Made by a program: the position numbers and the translations under genes. Below the pieces are notes generated by a model that saw only the letters and a program-made list of their open reading frames with translations, had not been told where the DNA came from and searched no databases. DNA of 64,000 nt from an uncultured Acidobacteriota bacterium (GTDB lineage: Bacteria > Acidobacteriota > Vicinamibacteria > Vicinamibacterales > CAVVIG01), in contig CAWEDP010000002.1 in the NCBI GenBank assembly GCA_963807925.1, forward strand, positions 1,584,451-1,648,450. The letters run 5' to 3'. Below are positions 35,771-46,915 of the stretch, one piece after another (positions within the stretch are counted from its first letter, which is position 1; each line of letters opens with the position of its first letter).

Positions 35771-38700
35771 ACCTCTCGGCGATCTTCATCAGGCGTCCGG
35801 TGACGACGACGCTGATCATGCTGGGCATCCTGGTGTTCGGCACGATGGCGTACCGCACGCTGCCGGTGTCGGACCTGCCGACCGTCGACTTCCCCACCAT
35901 CCAGGTCAACGCGTCGCTGCCGGGCGCGAGCCCGGAAACGATGGCGTCGACCGTGGCGCTGCCGCTCGAGAAGCAGTTCGCGGCGATTGCGGGGCTGAAC
36001 AACATCAACTCGGTAAGCCAGCAGGGCCAGACCAACATCACGCTGCAGTTCGATTTGAGCCGCAACATCGACGCGGCGGCCCAGGACGTGCAGGCGATGA
36101 TCGGCCGCGCGTCGCGCGCCCTGCCGCCGCAGATGCCGGCGCCGCCGTCCTACCAGAAGTCGAACCCCGGCGACCAGTCGGTGATCCTGCTCGTGCTGCG
36201 GTCGTCCACGCTGCCCCTCTCGATGATCGACGAGTACGCGCAGCAGACCATCGCGCAGCGGCTGTCGATGCTGTCCGGCGTGGCGCAGGTCGACGTGTTC
36301 GGCTCGCAGAAGTACGCGGTCCGGATCGACGTCGATCCCCGCTCGCTCGCGGCGCGGTCCATCGGCATCGACGAAGTGGCCAACGCGGTCGCCACCGCGA
36401 ACTCGAACGTGCCGACCGGGACGATCTACGGCGAGAAGACCTTCGTCGTCCAGACCAACGGACAGCTCATGCGGGCGTCGGCCTACGCGCCGACGATCAT
36501 CGCCTACCGCAACGGCAATCCGGTCCGGCTCGAGGAGGTCGCGCACGTCTTCGACGGCGTCGAGAACGACAAGTCGGCCGCGTGGCAGGCCGGCGAGCGC
36601 TGCGTGATGATCTCGATCCGCAAGCAGCCGGGCACCAACGTCGTCGAGGTGGTCGATCGGATCAAGGCGCTCCTCCCCAGCATCCGCGAGCAGCTCCCGG
36701 CGGCGATGACGCTCGACACGCGGAACGACCGGTCGGCGACCATCCGCGAGTCGGTCCGCGACGTCAAGATCACGCTCGGGATCACCATCGTGCTCGTCGT
36801 GCTGGTGATCTTCCTGTTCCTCCGGAACATCTCCGCCACGCTCATCCCGAGCCTGGCGCTGCCCGCGTCGCTCGTCGGCACGTTCATGGTCATGTACCTG
36901 CTCGGGTACAGCCTGGACAACCTGTCGCTGATGGCGCTCACGCTGTCGGTCGGGTTCGTCGTGGACGACGCGATCGTCATGCTGGAGAACATCGTCCGGC
37001 ACATGGAGATGGGCAAGGCGCCGATGGTGGCGGCCTACGACGCCTCGAAGGAGATCGCCTTCACGATTCTCTCGATGACGATCTCGCTGGCGGCCGTGTT
37101 CATCCCGGTGCTGTTCATGGGAGGGATCGTCGGCCGCCTGCTGCACGAGTTCTCGGTCACCATCGGCGTTGCCATTCTCGTGTCGGGGTTCGTCTCCATC
37201 AGCCTCACCCCGATGCTGTGCAGCCGGTTCCTGCGCCCGCCGCATGCCCAGCAGCACGGCCGGTTCTACAACGCGTTCGAGCGCATGTTCGACGGGTGGC
37301 TGCGTCTGTACGACGTGACGCTCGGCCTGACGCTCCGCCACGGCGTGGTGACCATCGCGGTGTCGGTCATGCTGCTCGCGGGGACGGTGTACCTGTTCAT
37401 GGTCGTCCCGAAGGGGTTCCTCCCCAGCGAGGACCAGGGCCGCTTCATGGTGAACACGGAGGCGGCACAGGGCATCAGCTACAGCGACATGTCGCGCCAC
37501 CAGATGCAGGCGGCGGCGGTCATCACGAAAGATCCCAACGTCTACATGGCCAACGTGATGGTCGGGGCCATCGGCAGCAACGGCGGCTCGCTGAACACCG
37601 GCCGCATCTGGGTCGAACTGAAGCCGCGCAGCGAGCGGAGCCTGTCGGTCGATGAGGTCATCGCGAGGCTGCGGCCGCAGGTCGCGCAGCTCCCGGGGAT
37701 CCGCGCCTTCATGACCAACCAGCCGCCGATCAATCTCGGCGCCGGACAGGGCGGGCAGCGCGCGCTGTACCAGTTCACCCTGCAGGACACCGACACCGCC
37801 GAGCTCTACAAGTACGCGCCGGTGATGGAGGAGAAAGTCCGCCAGCTGCCCGGGCTGGAGGACGTCAGCAGCGATCTGCTGCTGCGGAACCCGCAGGTCA
37901 CCGTCGAGATGGACCGCAACAAGGTGTCGACGCTGGGGCTGACGGCCAATCAGGTCGAGAACGCGCTGTACAACGCCTACGGCACGCGGCAGGTCTCCCA
38001 GATTTACGCGCCGAACAACCAGTACCAGGTGATCCTGCAGGTCGCCCCGGAGTTCCAGAACGACCCGGCGGCGATGTCGCTGCTCTACGTGCGCTCCAGC
38101 GCCGGCCGCCTCATCCCGCTCGAGTCGGTCGCGCGGCTGAACACCGACGTCGGGCCGCTCTCGGTCAGCCACTTCGGCCAGCTGCCGGCGGCGACGATCT
38201 CGTTCAATTTGAAGCCGGGGTACGCGCTGGGCGATGCCGTCGACGCCATTCACGCCGTGGCCGCCGCCACCCTGCCCTCCACCATCGCCACCACATTCCA
38301 GGGCGCCGCGCAGGCCTTCCAGGATTCGCTGCAGGGTCTCGGGATGGTGCTCATTGCGGCGATCATCGTGATCTACATCGTGCTCGGCGTCCTCTACGAG
38401 AGCTTCACCCACCCGCTGACGATCCTCTCGGGGCTGCCGGCGGCCGGGTTCGGCGCGCTGCTGACGCTGCTGATCTTCAGGACCGAGCTGAGCCTCTACG
38501 CGTTCGTGGGCGTCATCATGCTCGTCGGCCTCGTCAAGAAGAACGGCATCATGATGGTGGACTTCGCCGTGGAAGCGCAGCGCGAGCACGGCAAGACGCC
38601 CGCCGAGGCCATCCACGAAGCGTGTCTGGTGCGCTTCCGCCCCATCATGATGACGACCATGGCGGCGCTGGTCGGCACGCTGCCGATCGCGCTCGGTCTC

Positions 38701-38922
38701 GGCGCGGGCGCCGAATCGCGCCGGCCGCTCGGTCTGGCGGTCGTCGGCGGACTGGTCGTGTCGCAGCTCCTGACGCTCTACATCACGCCGGTGTACTACG
38801 TGTACATCGAAGGGGCGCGGCTCTGGCTGATGCGGCGGCGCGCGCACGGGGAAGGCGCCTTCGGCGCTGCGGAGGCCACCGTGGCCATGCGGGCTGCCGA
38901 GGGCGGTCCCGGACGGGTTTGA
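35767..38922 (+). CDS. RND (HAE1-type) inner-membrane efflux pump 1
   Basis: MNLSAIFIRRPVTTTLIMLGILVFG...; 12-TM/2-loop architecture; 1051 aa; GFVVDDAIVMLENIVRH motif. Confidence 0.95.
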   Translation: MNLSAIFIRRPVTTTLIMLGILVFGTMAYRTLPVSDLPTVDFPTIQVNASLPGASPETMASTVALPLEKQFAAIAGLNNINSVSQQGQTNITLQFDLSRNIDAAAQDVQAMIGRASRALPPQMPAPPSYQKSNPGDQSVILLVLRSSTLPLSMIDEYAQQTIAQRLSMLSGVAQVDVFGSQKYAVRIDVDPRSLAARSIGIDEVANAVATANSNVPTGTIYGEKTFVVQTNGQLMRASAYAPTIIAYRNGNPVRLEEVAHVFDGVENDKSAAWQAGERCVMISIRKQPGTNVVEVVDRIKALLPSIREQLPAAMTLDTRNDRSATIRESVRDVKITLGITIVLVVLVIFLFLRNISATLIPSLALPASLVGTFMVMYLLGYSLDNLSLMALTLSVGFVVDDAIVMLENIVRHMEMGKAPMVAAYDASKEIAFTILSMTISLAAVFIPVLFMGGIVGRLLHEFSVTIGVAILVSGFVSISLTPMLCSRFLRPPHAQQHGRFYNAFERMFDGWLRLYDVTLGLTLRHGVVTIAVSVMLLAGTVYLFMVVPKGFLPSEDQGRFMVNTEAAQGISYSDMSRHQMQAAAVITKDPNVYMANVMVGAIGSNGGSLNTGRIWVELKPRSERSLSVDEVIARLRPQVAQLPGIRAFMTNQPPINLGAGQGGQRALYQFTLQDTDTAELYKYAPVMEEKVRQLPGLEDVSSDLLLRNPQVTVEMDRNKVSTLGLTANQVENALYNAYGTRQVSQIYAPNNQYQVILQVAPEFQNDPAAMSLLYVRSSAGRLIPLESVARLNTDVGPLSVSHFGQLPAATISFNLKPGYALGDAVDAIHAVAAATLPSTIATTFQGAAQAFQDSLQGLGMVLIAAIIVIYIVLGVLYESFTHPLTILSGLPAAGFGALLTLLIFRTELSLYAFVGVIMLVGLVKKNGIMMVDFAVEAQREHGKTPAEAIHEACLVRFRPIMMTTMAALVGTLPIALGLGAGAESRRPLGLAVVGGLVVSQLLTLYITPVYYVYIEGARLWLMRRRAHGEGAFGAAEATVAMRAAEGGPGRV

Positions 38923-39098
38923 GTGCGTGTTCTGCGGGGACGTGTAAAGAACTTGCAAGGCGCGCCCGGGCAAGACCGCAGCATGTTAAAGCTCGATAAA
39001 GACCGCTGCCGCAGGTAAATGGGCCGGATCGGTCGACAGTAATACCTCACAGCAAACCTGTGCTCGCTCCCGTACCGGAGTTCCATCTGGAGAATTTC

Positions 39099-40419
39099 GT
39101 GTCCCGAACCGCTGTGGCGTGTCTGCCCGTGATCCTGCTCGCCGCTGTCGCCGCCGGGTGTTCCAGCGGCACCTCAGCCGCCGGCCCGGGCGGCGCCGGG
39201 CGAGGTGGCGGGCGCGGGCGCGGCGGGCGCGGGGATGCCGGCGGCGGGGCGGTCCCGGTGGTCACGGCGACGGTGACCGAGCGTGACGTCCCGGTAGACA
39301 TCGCCGCCATCGGGAACGTCGAAGCCTACGCGACGATCAGCGTACCGATCGCAGGTCACCGGCCAGCTGCAAGACGTCAGGTTCCATGAGGGCGACTTCG
39401 TCAAGAAGGGCGACGTCCTCTTCTCGATCGATCCCCGTCCGTTCGAGGCGACCCTGGCGCAGGTCGAAGCCAACCTGAAGCGCGACGAGGCGCTCGAGGC
39501 CCAGGCCGAAGCCCAGCTCGGTCGCGACGCCGCCAACGCCGAGTTCACCCAGCTCAGCGCGGAGCGGCAGGCGGCGCTCGTCCAGCGCGGCATCGTCTCC
39601 AAGGACCAGGCGGATCAGACCCGTGCGGCCGCCGACGCCGCGGCCGCCGCCGTCAAGGCGGACCGCGCCTCGATCGAGAGCGCCCGCGCGCAACTCGTCG
39701 CGCAGCAGGCCGCCGTCGAGAGCGCCAAGGTGACGCTCAGCTACACCACGATCCGCTCGCCGCTCGACGGCCGGACCGGGAACCTGGCGGTCAAGTCGGG
39801 CAATCTCGTCACGGCGAACACCACCGAGCTGATGACGATCGCCCAGATCCAGCCGACCTACGTCACCTTCTCGGTGCCCGCGGGCCACCTTGCCACGATC
39901 AAGAACCGCACGCGCGCGAGCGATGCGCTCGCCGTCACGGCGGTGCCGCAGGACGCCGAGGCGGAGCCGATCGTCGGGCGGCTGACCTTCTTTGACAATG
40001 CGGTCGACCCCACGACCGACACCATCAAGCTGAAGGCGACCTTCGACAACGCGGATCGGCGGCTCTGGCCGGGTCAGTTCGCGCGCGTGTCGCTTCGGCT
40101 CGCCATCCTGCCCGGGGCCACCGTGGTCTCGAGCGAAGCGGTGCAGACCGGCCAGGAGGGCCAGTACGTGTTCCTGGTCAAGCCGGACTCGACGGTCGAG
40201 CAGCGGGCGATCATCGCGGGCCAGCGCATCAACGAGGACGTGGTGATTGACAAGGGCCTCAAGCCCGGCGACGTGGTGGTGACCGAAGGCCAGCTCCGTC
40301 TCGAGCCCGGCAGCACGGTGACCACCGGAGCCAGCGGTGGTGGCGGCCGTGGCCGCGGTCGCGGCGGCCGCGGCGGTCCGGGCCAGGGCCAGGGACGGCG
40401 CGGGCCCGACGGGCCCTGA
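39099..40419 (+). pseudogene. RND efflux periplasmic adaptor lipoprotein (adaptor 2, MdtA-like position); 1-nt insertion as sequenced
   Basis: GTG start with GGAGA Shine-Dalgarno; lipobox VAAGC. AYATISV then the frame breaks at GTAC[C]GATCG (39345-39346). It resumes as RSQVTGQLQDVRFHEGDFVKKGDVLFSID..., colinear with adaptor 1 (AYSTVAIHAQITGQL). Span 1321 nt = 3n+1. Confidence 0.85.
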
Positions 40420-40423
40420 GCGT

Positions 40424-43400
40424 ATGAACCTCTCCGAAATCTTCATCAGACGCCCGATCGCCACCAGCCTGCTCATGGCGGCCATCGCCCTGTTCGGGGT
40501 GATTGCCTACCGCTCGCTGGCGATCAGCGACCTGCCGCAGGTCGACTACCCGACCATCAACGTGCAGGCCGGCCTGCCGGGCGGCGATCCGATCACGATG
40601 GCCTCGTCGGTGGCGAGTCCGCTCGAGCGCCAGTTCACCACGATTGCGGGCGTCGATTCGATGGTGTCGCAGAGCGGCACCGGCAGCAGCCAGATCACGC
40701 TGCAGTTCGACCTCGATCGCGACATCTACAGCGCGACGGTGGACGTCCAGACGGCGATTGCGGCCGCCATGCCGCTGCTGCCGGCGACGATGACGTCGCC
40801 GCCGTCGTTCCGGCGCCAGAATCCGGCGGCCGATCCGATCCTGCAGCTGGTGCTGACCTCGCAGACCGTCCCGATGTCGGCGCTCGACGACTACGCCGAG
40901 ACGATGATCGCGCCGCGGATTGCGATGGTGAGCGGCGTCTCGCAGGTCCAGGTACAGGGCGCGTCGAAGTATGCCGTCCGCGTGCAGATCGACCCGGACA
41001 AGCTGCACGCCCAGCAGATCGGCATCAACGAAATCGATCAGGCGCTGCAGAACTGGAACGTGAACATCCCGACCGGCCAGCTGTTCGGACGGCGGACGTT
41101 CAACATCAAGGCGGCGGGCCAGCTGATGAACGCGGCGGCGTTCCGCCCGATCGTCGTCGCCTACAAGGACAAGGCGCCGGTGCGCCTGGAGCAGGTCGCC
41201 AACGTGATCGACAGCATCGAGAACGTGTTCAACGGGAGCTGGTACTACTCCAAGGAGACCGGCGTCCCGGTGGCCAAGCGGGCGATCACGCTGCAGGTGC
41301 TGCGGCAGCCGGGCAGCAACACGATCGAGGTGACCGACGCGGTGCAGCGCCTCCTGCCCAGCTTCCAGTCGCTCTTGCCGCCTTCGGTGCATCTGCAGGT
41401 CCGGCAGGATCGGTCCAAGACCATCCGCGAGGCGTTCAGCGACATCCAGGTCACGATGCTGGTGACGCTGGTGCTGGTCGTCGGGGTGATCTTCCTGTTC
41501 CTGCACAACGGGTCTGCCACGCTCATTCCGGCGCTCGCCCTGCCGTTCTCGATTTTCGGCACCTTCGCCGTGATGAAGCTGCTGAACTTCAGCCTGAACA
41601 ACCTGTCGATGATGGCGCTGATCCTCTCGATCGGCTTCGTGGTCGACGACGCGATCGTGATGCTCGAGAACATCGTGCGGCATCTCGAGAGCGGCGAGAA
41701 GCCGATCGAGGCGGCGCTCAAGGGGTCCAAGGAGATCGGCTTCACGATCCTGACGATGACGACGTCGCTGGCGGCCGTGTTCATCCCGATTCTGTTCATG
41801 AGCGGCATCCTCGGCCGGCTGTTCCGCGAATTCGCCGTGACGATCACGACCGCCGTGCTCATCTCGGGCGTCGTCTCGGTGACGCTGACGCCGATGCTCT
41901 GCAGCCGCTTCCTGAAGGTGGTGCACAGCAAGAAGGGGTTCGCCGGCCTGATGGACCGCGCGTTCGACGCGATGCTCGCCGGCTACCGGTGGAGCCTCGC
42001 CGTCGTCCTTCGGCACCGCGCCGTGATGATGGGGGTGTTCGGCCTGGTCGTCTGGGCGACGGTGCACATGTTCAACATCGTGCCGACCGGGTTCATCCCG
42101 GAGCAGGACAACGACTTCATGTTCGTCCAGCTCCGGGCCGCGCAGGGCACGTCGTACTACGACATGCTGAAGTGGACGCAGCAGGTCGCCGATCTGGTGA
42201 TCCGGAACCCCTACGTCGACTCCTTCATGACGATGATCGGCGGCAACGGCGGCCAGGCGAACAACGGCCGGATGATGGTGCAGCTGGCGCCGCGCCGTCA
42301 GCGGGCGCTCAGCGCGCAGCAGATCGCGCAGCAGATCCGGCCGCAGATCCTCCGCTTCCCCGGCTTCCGCGGGTTCATCGGCCTGCCGGCGGCGATCCAG
42401 ATCGGCGGCCGCATGGGCAACCAGAACTACAGCCTGATGCTCCAGAGCCTGAACAGCGACGAGCTGTACCAGTGGGCGCCCGTCCTCGAGCAGGCGATTG
42501 CCGCCGAAGTGCCGGACGCGCAGGATCCGTCGACCGATCTCGAAATGCGGAGTCCGCGGATCAACCTGGTGCTCGATCGCGACAAGGCCGCAGAGATCGG
42601 GCTGAACGCGACGCAGGTGCAGAACGCGCTCTACGATGCGCTCGGCCCGAAGTGGTCGTCGACCATCTACGGCGACACGAGCCAGTACCGCGTGCTGCTG
42701 GAGCTCGATCCGAAATACCAGTTGCAGACCGAATCGCTGCGCAAGATCGCGTTCAAGACGCCGGCGGGCGCGCTCGTGCCGCTCGAGTCGGTCGTCGACT
42801 TCAAGGAGACCGTCGGCCCGCAATCGATCAACCATTCCGGACAGCTCCCCTCGGTGTCGGTGTCGTTCGGGCTCCGGCCCGGCGTGTCGCTCGGCACCGT
42901 GACGGCGAAGGTCAAGAAGGTCGCCGATCGGGTGCTGCCGCCGACCATCACGTCGAGCTTCGAGGGCTCCGCCCGCGTGTTCCAGGCGTCGATGACGAAC
43001 CTGTCGCTGCTGCTCTTTGTGGCGATCGGCGTCGTGTACATCGTGCTCGGCGCCCTGTACGAGAGCTACATCCACCCGATCACGATTCTCTCGGGGCTGC
43101 CGTCGGCCGGCCTGGGAGCGCTCGTGACGCTGTATCTGTTCGGCAACGAGCTGAACATCTACTCGTTTGTCGGCCTGGTCATGCTCATCGGGCTCGTGAA
43201 GAAGAACGCGATCATGCAGATCGACTTCGCCCTCGAGGCGGAGCGCCACCACGGCAAGACGCCGCGGGAAGCGATCTACGAGGGCTGCCTCATCCGGTTC
43301 CGTCCGATCATGATGACCACGATGGCGGCGCTGCTCGGCTCCCTGCCCATCGCGCTCGGCTACGGCGCCGGCGGCGAAGCCCGCAAGCCGCTCGGACTCG

Positions 43401-43531
43401 CCGTCGTCGGCGGGCTGATGGTGTCGCAGCTGATCACCCTGTATCTGACGCCGGTCGTCTACACCTACATGGCGCAGCTGTTCAAGACGAGCAAGATTCC
43501 GGACATCTCGACCAAGCCGGCGACCGCATGA
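40424..43531 (+). CDS. RND efflux pump 2 (MdtB-like position)
   Basis: MNLSEIFIRRPIATSLLMAAIALFGVIAYRSLAISDLPQVDYPTINV...; 1035 aa. Confidence 0.95.
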   Translation: MNLSEIFIRRPIATSLLMAAIALFGVIAYRSLAISDLPQVDYPTINVQAGLPGGDPITMASSVASPLERQFTTIAGVDSMVSQSGTGSSQITLQFDLDRDIYSATVDVQTAIAAAMPLLPATMTSPPSFRRQNPAADPILQLVLTSQTVPMSALDDYAETMIAPRIAMVSGVSQVQVQGASKYAVRVQIDPDKLHAQQIGINEIDQALQNWNVNIPTGQLFGRRTFNIKAAGQLMNAAAFRPIVVAYKDKAPVRLEQVANVIDSIENVFNGSWYYSKETGVPVAKRAITLQVLRQPGSNTIEVTDAVQRLLPSFQSLLPPSVHLQVRQDRSKTIREAFSDIQVTMLVTLVLVVGVIFLFLHNGSATLIPALALPFSIFGTFAVMKLLNFSLNNLSMMALILSIGFVVDDAIVMLENIVRHLESGEKPIEAALKGSKEIGFTILTMTTSLAAVFIPILFMSGILGRLFREFAVTITTAVLISGVVSVTLTPMLCSRFLKVVHSKKGFAGLMDRAFDAMLAGYRWSLAVVLRHRAVMMGVFGLVVWATVHMFNIVPTGFIPEQDNDFMFVQLRAAQGTSYYDMLKWTQQVADLVIRNPYVDSFMTMIGGNGGQANNGRMMVQLAPRRQRALSAQQIAQQIRPQILRFPGFRGFIGLPAAIQIGGRMGNQNYSLMLQSLNSDELYQWAPVLEQAIAAEVPDAQDPSTDLEMRSPRINLVLDRDKAAEIGLNATQVQNALYDALGPKWSSTIYGDTSQYRVLLELDPKYQLQTESLRKIAFKTPAGALVPLESVVDFKETVGPQSINHSGQLPSVSVSFGLRPGVSLGTVTAKVKKVADRVLPPTITSSFEGSARVFQASMTNLSLLLFVAIGVVYIVLGALYESYIHPITILSGLPSAGLGALVTLYLFGNELNIYSFVGLVMLIGLVKKNAIMQIDFALEAERHHGKTPREAIYEGCLIRFRPIMMTTMAALLGSLPIALGYGAGGEARKPLGLAVVGGLMVSQLITLYLTPVVYTYMAQLFKTSKIPDISTKPATA

Positions 43532-43554
43532 CAGCGGGGCAGACCCGTTTCGGT

Positions 43555-43645
43555 GTAGCGTCCGGCTTCAGCCGGACCCAGTAGCGTCCGGCTTCAGCCG
43601 GACCGGTAGTAGACCCATTTCGGTAGTGTCCGGCTTCAGCCGGAC
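43555..43645. repeat. three REP-like palindromic hairpin units between two RND pump genes
   Basis: GTCCGGC-TTCA-GCCGGAC at 43560-43577, 43586-43603 and 43628-43645. Units 1 and 3 share the extended prefix AGACCC(G/A)TTTCGGT. Confidence 0.9.
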
Positions 43646-43661
43646 GCGGCAGGCCGGCACC

Positions 43662-46600
43662 GTGAATATCTCCGAAGGATTCATCAAGCGACCCATTGCG
43701 ACGAGCCTCCTGATGGCGGCCATCGCCCTGTTCGGTCTGGTGGCGTACCGCTCGCTGCCGGTGAGCGATCTGCCGAACATCGACTTCCCCACCTTGCTCG
43801 TCACCGCCAGCCTGCCGGGGGCCAGCCCCGAGACGATGGGCGCCTCGGTCGCCACGCCGCTCGAGAACCAGTTCTCGAACATCGCGGGCCTCGAGTCGAT
43901 GACCTCGGTCAACTCGCTCGGCACGACGCAGGTCACGCTCGAGTTCGATCTCAACCGCAACCTCGATGGGGCCGCCGTCGACGTGCAGGGCGCCATCTCC
44001 CAGGCGGCGCGCCTGCTGCCGCCGGGGATGCCGACGCCGCCGACCTTCACCAAGGTGAACCCGGCGGATCAGCCGGTGTTGTATCTCGTGATCACGTCGA
44101 CGACGATGCCGCCGTGGACGCTGGACGAGTACGCCGAGACCCGCATCGCGCAGCGCGTCTCGACGATCAGCGGCGTCGCCCAGGTGCAGGTGCTCGGCAG
44201 CCAGAAGTACGCCATGCACGCGCAACTGGATCCGCACGCGCTCGCGGCGCGGCAGATCGGCATCAACGAGGTGGAGACCGCGCTCAAGAACTGGAACGTG
44301 AACACGCCGACCGGCACGATCGCCGGCCTCCACAAGGCGTTCACGCTGCAGGCGAGCGGGCAGCTGCTGAATGCGGAGCAGTACAAGTCAATGGTGGTCG
44401 CCTTCCGCAAGGGCGCGCCCGTCCGGCTCGAGGAGCTCGGAAAGATCGTCGACGGCGTCGAGGACGAGCGGACCGCCTCGTGGTTCTACACGCCGGACGG
44501 CGAGCAGCGCGCCATCACGCTCGGCATCCAGCGGCAGCCGGGGACCAACACCATCGCCGTCGCCGACGCCGTGAAGGCGCTGCTGCCGCAGTTCCGCGCC
44601 GAGCTGCCGGCCAGCGTCCATCTCGACGTGCTGTACGACCGCTCCGACACCATCCGCGAGTCGTACCGCGACGTGCAGTTCACCATGCTCCTGACGCTCG
44701 CCCTCGTCATCATGGTGATCTTCGTCTTCCTGCGGAACATGTGGGCGACCGTGATTCCCAGCCTGGCGCTGCCGTTCTCCATCATCGGCACCTTTGCCGT
44801 GATGTACCTGCTCGGGTACAGCCTCGACAACCTGTCGATGATGGCGCTCATCCTCTCGGTCGGCTTCGTCGTCGACGACGCGATCGTGATGCTCGAGAAC
44901 ATCTACCGGCACGTGGAGCTCGGTGAGGAGCCGCTGACCGCCTCGCTCGTCGGATCGCGCGAGATCGGGTTCACCATCGTCTCGATGACGCTGTCGCTGG
45001 CGGCGGTGTTCATCCCGGTCCTGTTCATGGGCGGCGTGCTCGGACGCCTGTTCCGCGAGTTCTCCGTCAGCATCTGCGTGGCGATCCTGATCTCTGGCGT
45101 CGTCTCGGTGACGCTGACGCCGATGTTGTGCAGCCGGTTCCTCAAGCGGCCCTCCTCGCACGCCGAGGGACGGTTCGGACGCGCCACCGAGCGCGGGTTC
45201 CAGTGGCTGCTGAACGGCTACGACCGGACGTTGCAGGTCGTGCTCCGCCACCGCCCCGCCACGATGGGCGCGTTCGTCCTCGTTCTCGCGCTGACCGTCC
45301 TGTTGTTCCTCATCGTCCCGAAGGGGTTCATTCCGGACCAGGACACCGATCAGATCGCGGTGACGACCGAGGCGGCCCAGGGCACCGCGTTCGACAAGCT
45401 GGTCGAGTACCAGAATCAGGTGGCCGACATCATCCGGCGCGACCCGAACGTCGAGGGACTCGTCTCCACCATCGGCGGCAGCGCCGCCGCGACCCTGGGC
45501 GGACCGAACCTGGGACAAATCGTGGTCCACCTGAAGCCGCGTGGCGACCGCGACGAGCTGGCGACCGAGATTATCGGGAAGCTGAGGCCCGAGATCGCGA
45601 CGGTCCCCGGCATGGAGGTCTACCTGCAGAACCCGCCGACCGTGCGGATCGGCGGTCAGGTGAGCAAGAGCCTCTACCAGTTCTCGATGCAGTCGCCCGA
45701 TCGGAACCAGCTGTACGCCGCCGCGCGCGCGCTTCGGAAGGCGCTCGGGGAGGTGCCGGGCATCGAGGACCTCACGAGCGACCTCGAGGTGACGAGCCCC
45801 CAGGTGGACGTCGACATCGACCGCGACAAGGCGGCCGCGCTCGGGCTGACGGCCAACCAAATCGAGAACTCGTTCTACGACGCCTACGGGCCCCGATGGG
45901 TGTCCACCATCTACGCGCCGGTCAACGAATACAAGGTCCTGCTCGAGCTCGCACCCGAGTACCAGCGGGATCCGACGGCCCTGTCGCTGCTGTACTTCAA
46001 GGTCGGTGGGACAGGCGCGGGGCCGGTCGTCCCGCTCGACACGCTGGCCCACGTCAAACAAACGATCGGCCCGCAGACCGTCAACCACTTCGGCCAGCTC
46101 CCGTCGGTGACAATCTCCTTCGGTCTCGCCCCGGGAGCGTCGCTCGGAACGGTGCTGACCCAGGTCCGCGAAATCGCCACCCGCACACTGCCCGAGTCGG
46201 TCACCGGCCAGTTCCAGGGCGCCGCGAAGGCGTTCCAGAGCTCGCTCGGCAACCTGGCAATCCTGCTGCTCATTGCCGTGATGGTGGTCTACATCGTCCT
46301 GGGGATCCTGTACGAGAGCTACATCCACCCGCTGACGATTCTTTCCGGTCTGCCGTCGGCCGCCTTCGGCGCCCTGATCACGCTGCTCGTCTTCCGGATG
46401 GACCTGAACATCTACGCCTTCGTCGGCATGATCATGCTGATCGGCATCGTCGAGAAGAACGCCATCATGCAGATCGACTTCGCGCTGGAGGCCGAGCGCA
46501 GCGGCATGACGTCGGAGCGCGCGATCTATCAGGGCTGCCTCATCCGGTTCCGTCCCATCATGATGACGACCATGGCGGCTCTGCTCGGCGCGGTGCCGAT

Positions 46601-46787
46601 CGCGCTCGGCTACGGGGCCGGTGGCGAGGCCCGCCAGCCGCTGGGTCTGGTGGTGGTCGGCGGCCTGCTGTTCTCGCAGCTCGTCACGCTCTATCTCACC
46701 CCGGTCGTCTACACCTACATGGCCCAGATCCAGGGAGCATTCGGAAAGCGCCGCCCGGTCACCGAGCCGGTGCCCACCACCGTCTGA
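43662..46787 (+). CDS. RND efflux pump 3 (MdtC-like position)
   Basis: The GTG start aligns residue-for-residue with pump 2: VNISEGFIKRPIATSLLMAAIALFGLVAYRSLPVSDLPNIDFPTLLV. The track ORF start (43626) lies inside the REP element. Confidence 0.93.
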   Translation: MNISEGFIKRPIATSLLMAAIALFGLVAYRSLPVSDLPNIDFPTLLVTASLPGASPETMGASVATPLENQFSNIAGLESMTSVNSLGTTQVTLEFDLNRNLDGAAVDVQGAISQAARLLPPGMPTPPTFTKVNPADQPVLYLVITSTTMPPWTLDEYAETRIAQRVSTISGVAQVQVLGSQKYAMHAQLDPHALAARQIGINEVETALKNWNVNTPTGTIAGLHKAFTLQASGQLLNAEQYKSMVVAFRKGAPVRLEELGKIVDGVEDERTASWFYTPDGEQRAITLGIQRQPGTNTIAVADAVKALLPQFRAELPASVHLDVLYDRSDTIRESYRDVQFTMLLTLALVIMVIFVFLRNMWATVIPSLALPFSIIGTFAVMYLLGYSLDNLSMMALILSVGFVVDDAIVMLENIYRHVELGEEPLTASLVGSREIGFTIVSMTLSLAAVFIPVLFMGGVLGRLFREFSVSICVAILISGVVSVTLTPMLCSRFLKRPSSHAEGRFGRATERGFQWLLNGYDRTLQVVLRHRPATMGAFVLVLALTVLLFLIVPKGFIPDQDTDQIAVTTEAAQGTAFDKLVEYQNQVADIIRRDPNVEGLVSTIGGSAAATLGGPNLGQIVVHLKPRGDRDELATEIIGKLRPEIATVPGMEVYLQNPPTVRIGGQVSKSLYQFSMQSPDRNQLYAAARALRKALGEVPGIEDLTSDLEVTSPQVDVDIDRDKAAALGLTANQIENSFYDAYGPRWVSTIYAPVNEYKVLLELAPEYQRDPTALSLLYFKVGGTGAGPVVPLDTLAHVKQTIGPQTVNHFGQLPSVTISFGLAPGASLGTVLTQVREIATRTLPESVTGQFQGAAKAFQSSLGNLAILLLIAVMVVYIVLGILYESYIHPLTILSGLPSAAFGALITLLVFRMDLNIYAFVGMIMLIGIVEKNAIMQIDFALEAERSGMTSERAIYQGCLIRFRPIMMTTMAALLGAVPIALGYGAGGEARQPLGLVVVGGLLFSQLVTLYLTPVVYTYMAQIQGAFGKRRPVTEPVPTTV

Positions 46788-46915
46788 CCGAGGGTCAGGG
46801 TTTTCGGCCGCTCCCGCCATAAGCAAACACGATCCACCGCATAAACAAATGCGGGGTCGTGCCGTAATTTCGTCATAAAATTGATCTTTCCGTTCCCTTG
46901 CGGAAGGTTTCCACC

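Noticed and set aside
43555-43645. Repeated 18-bp units considered as a mini CRISPR array
   Set aside because: There are only three copies with irregular spacing (8 and 24 bp). The units are perfect hairpins with no unique spacers of CRISPR length, and no cas genes are nearby. They are REP-like elements.
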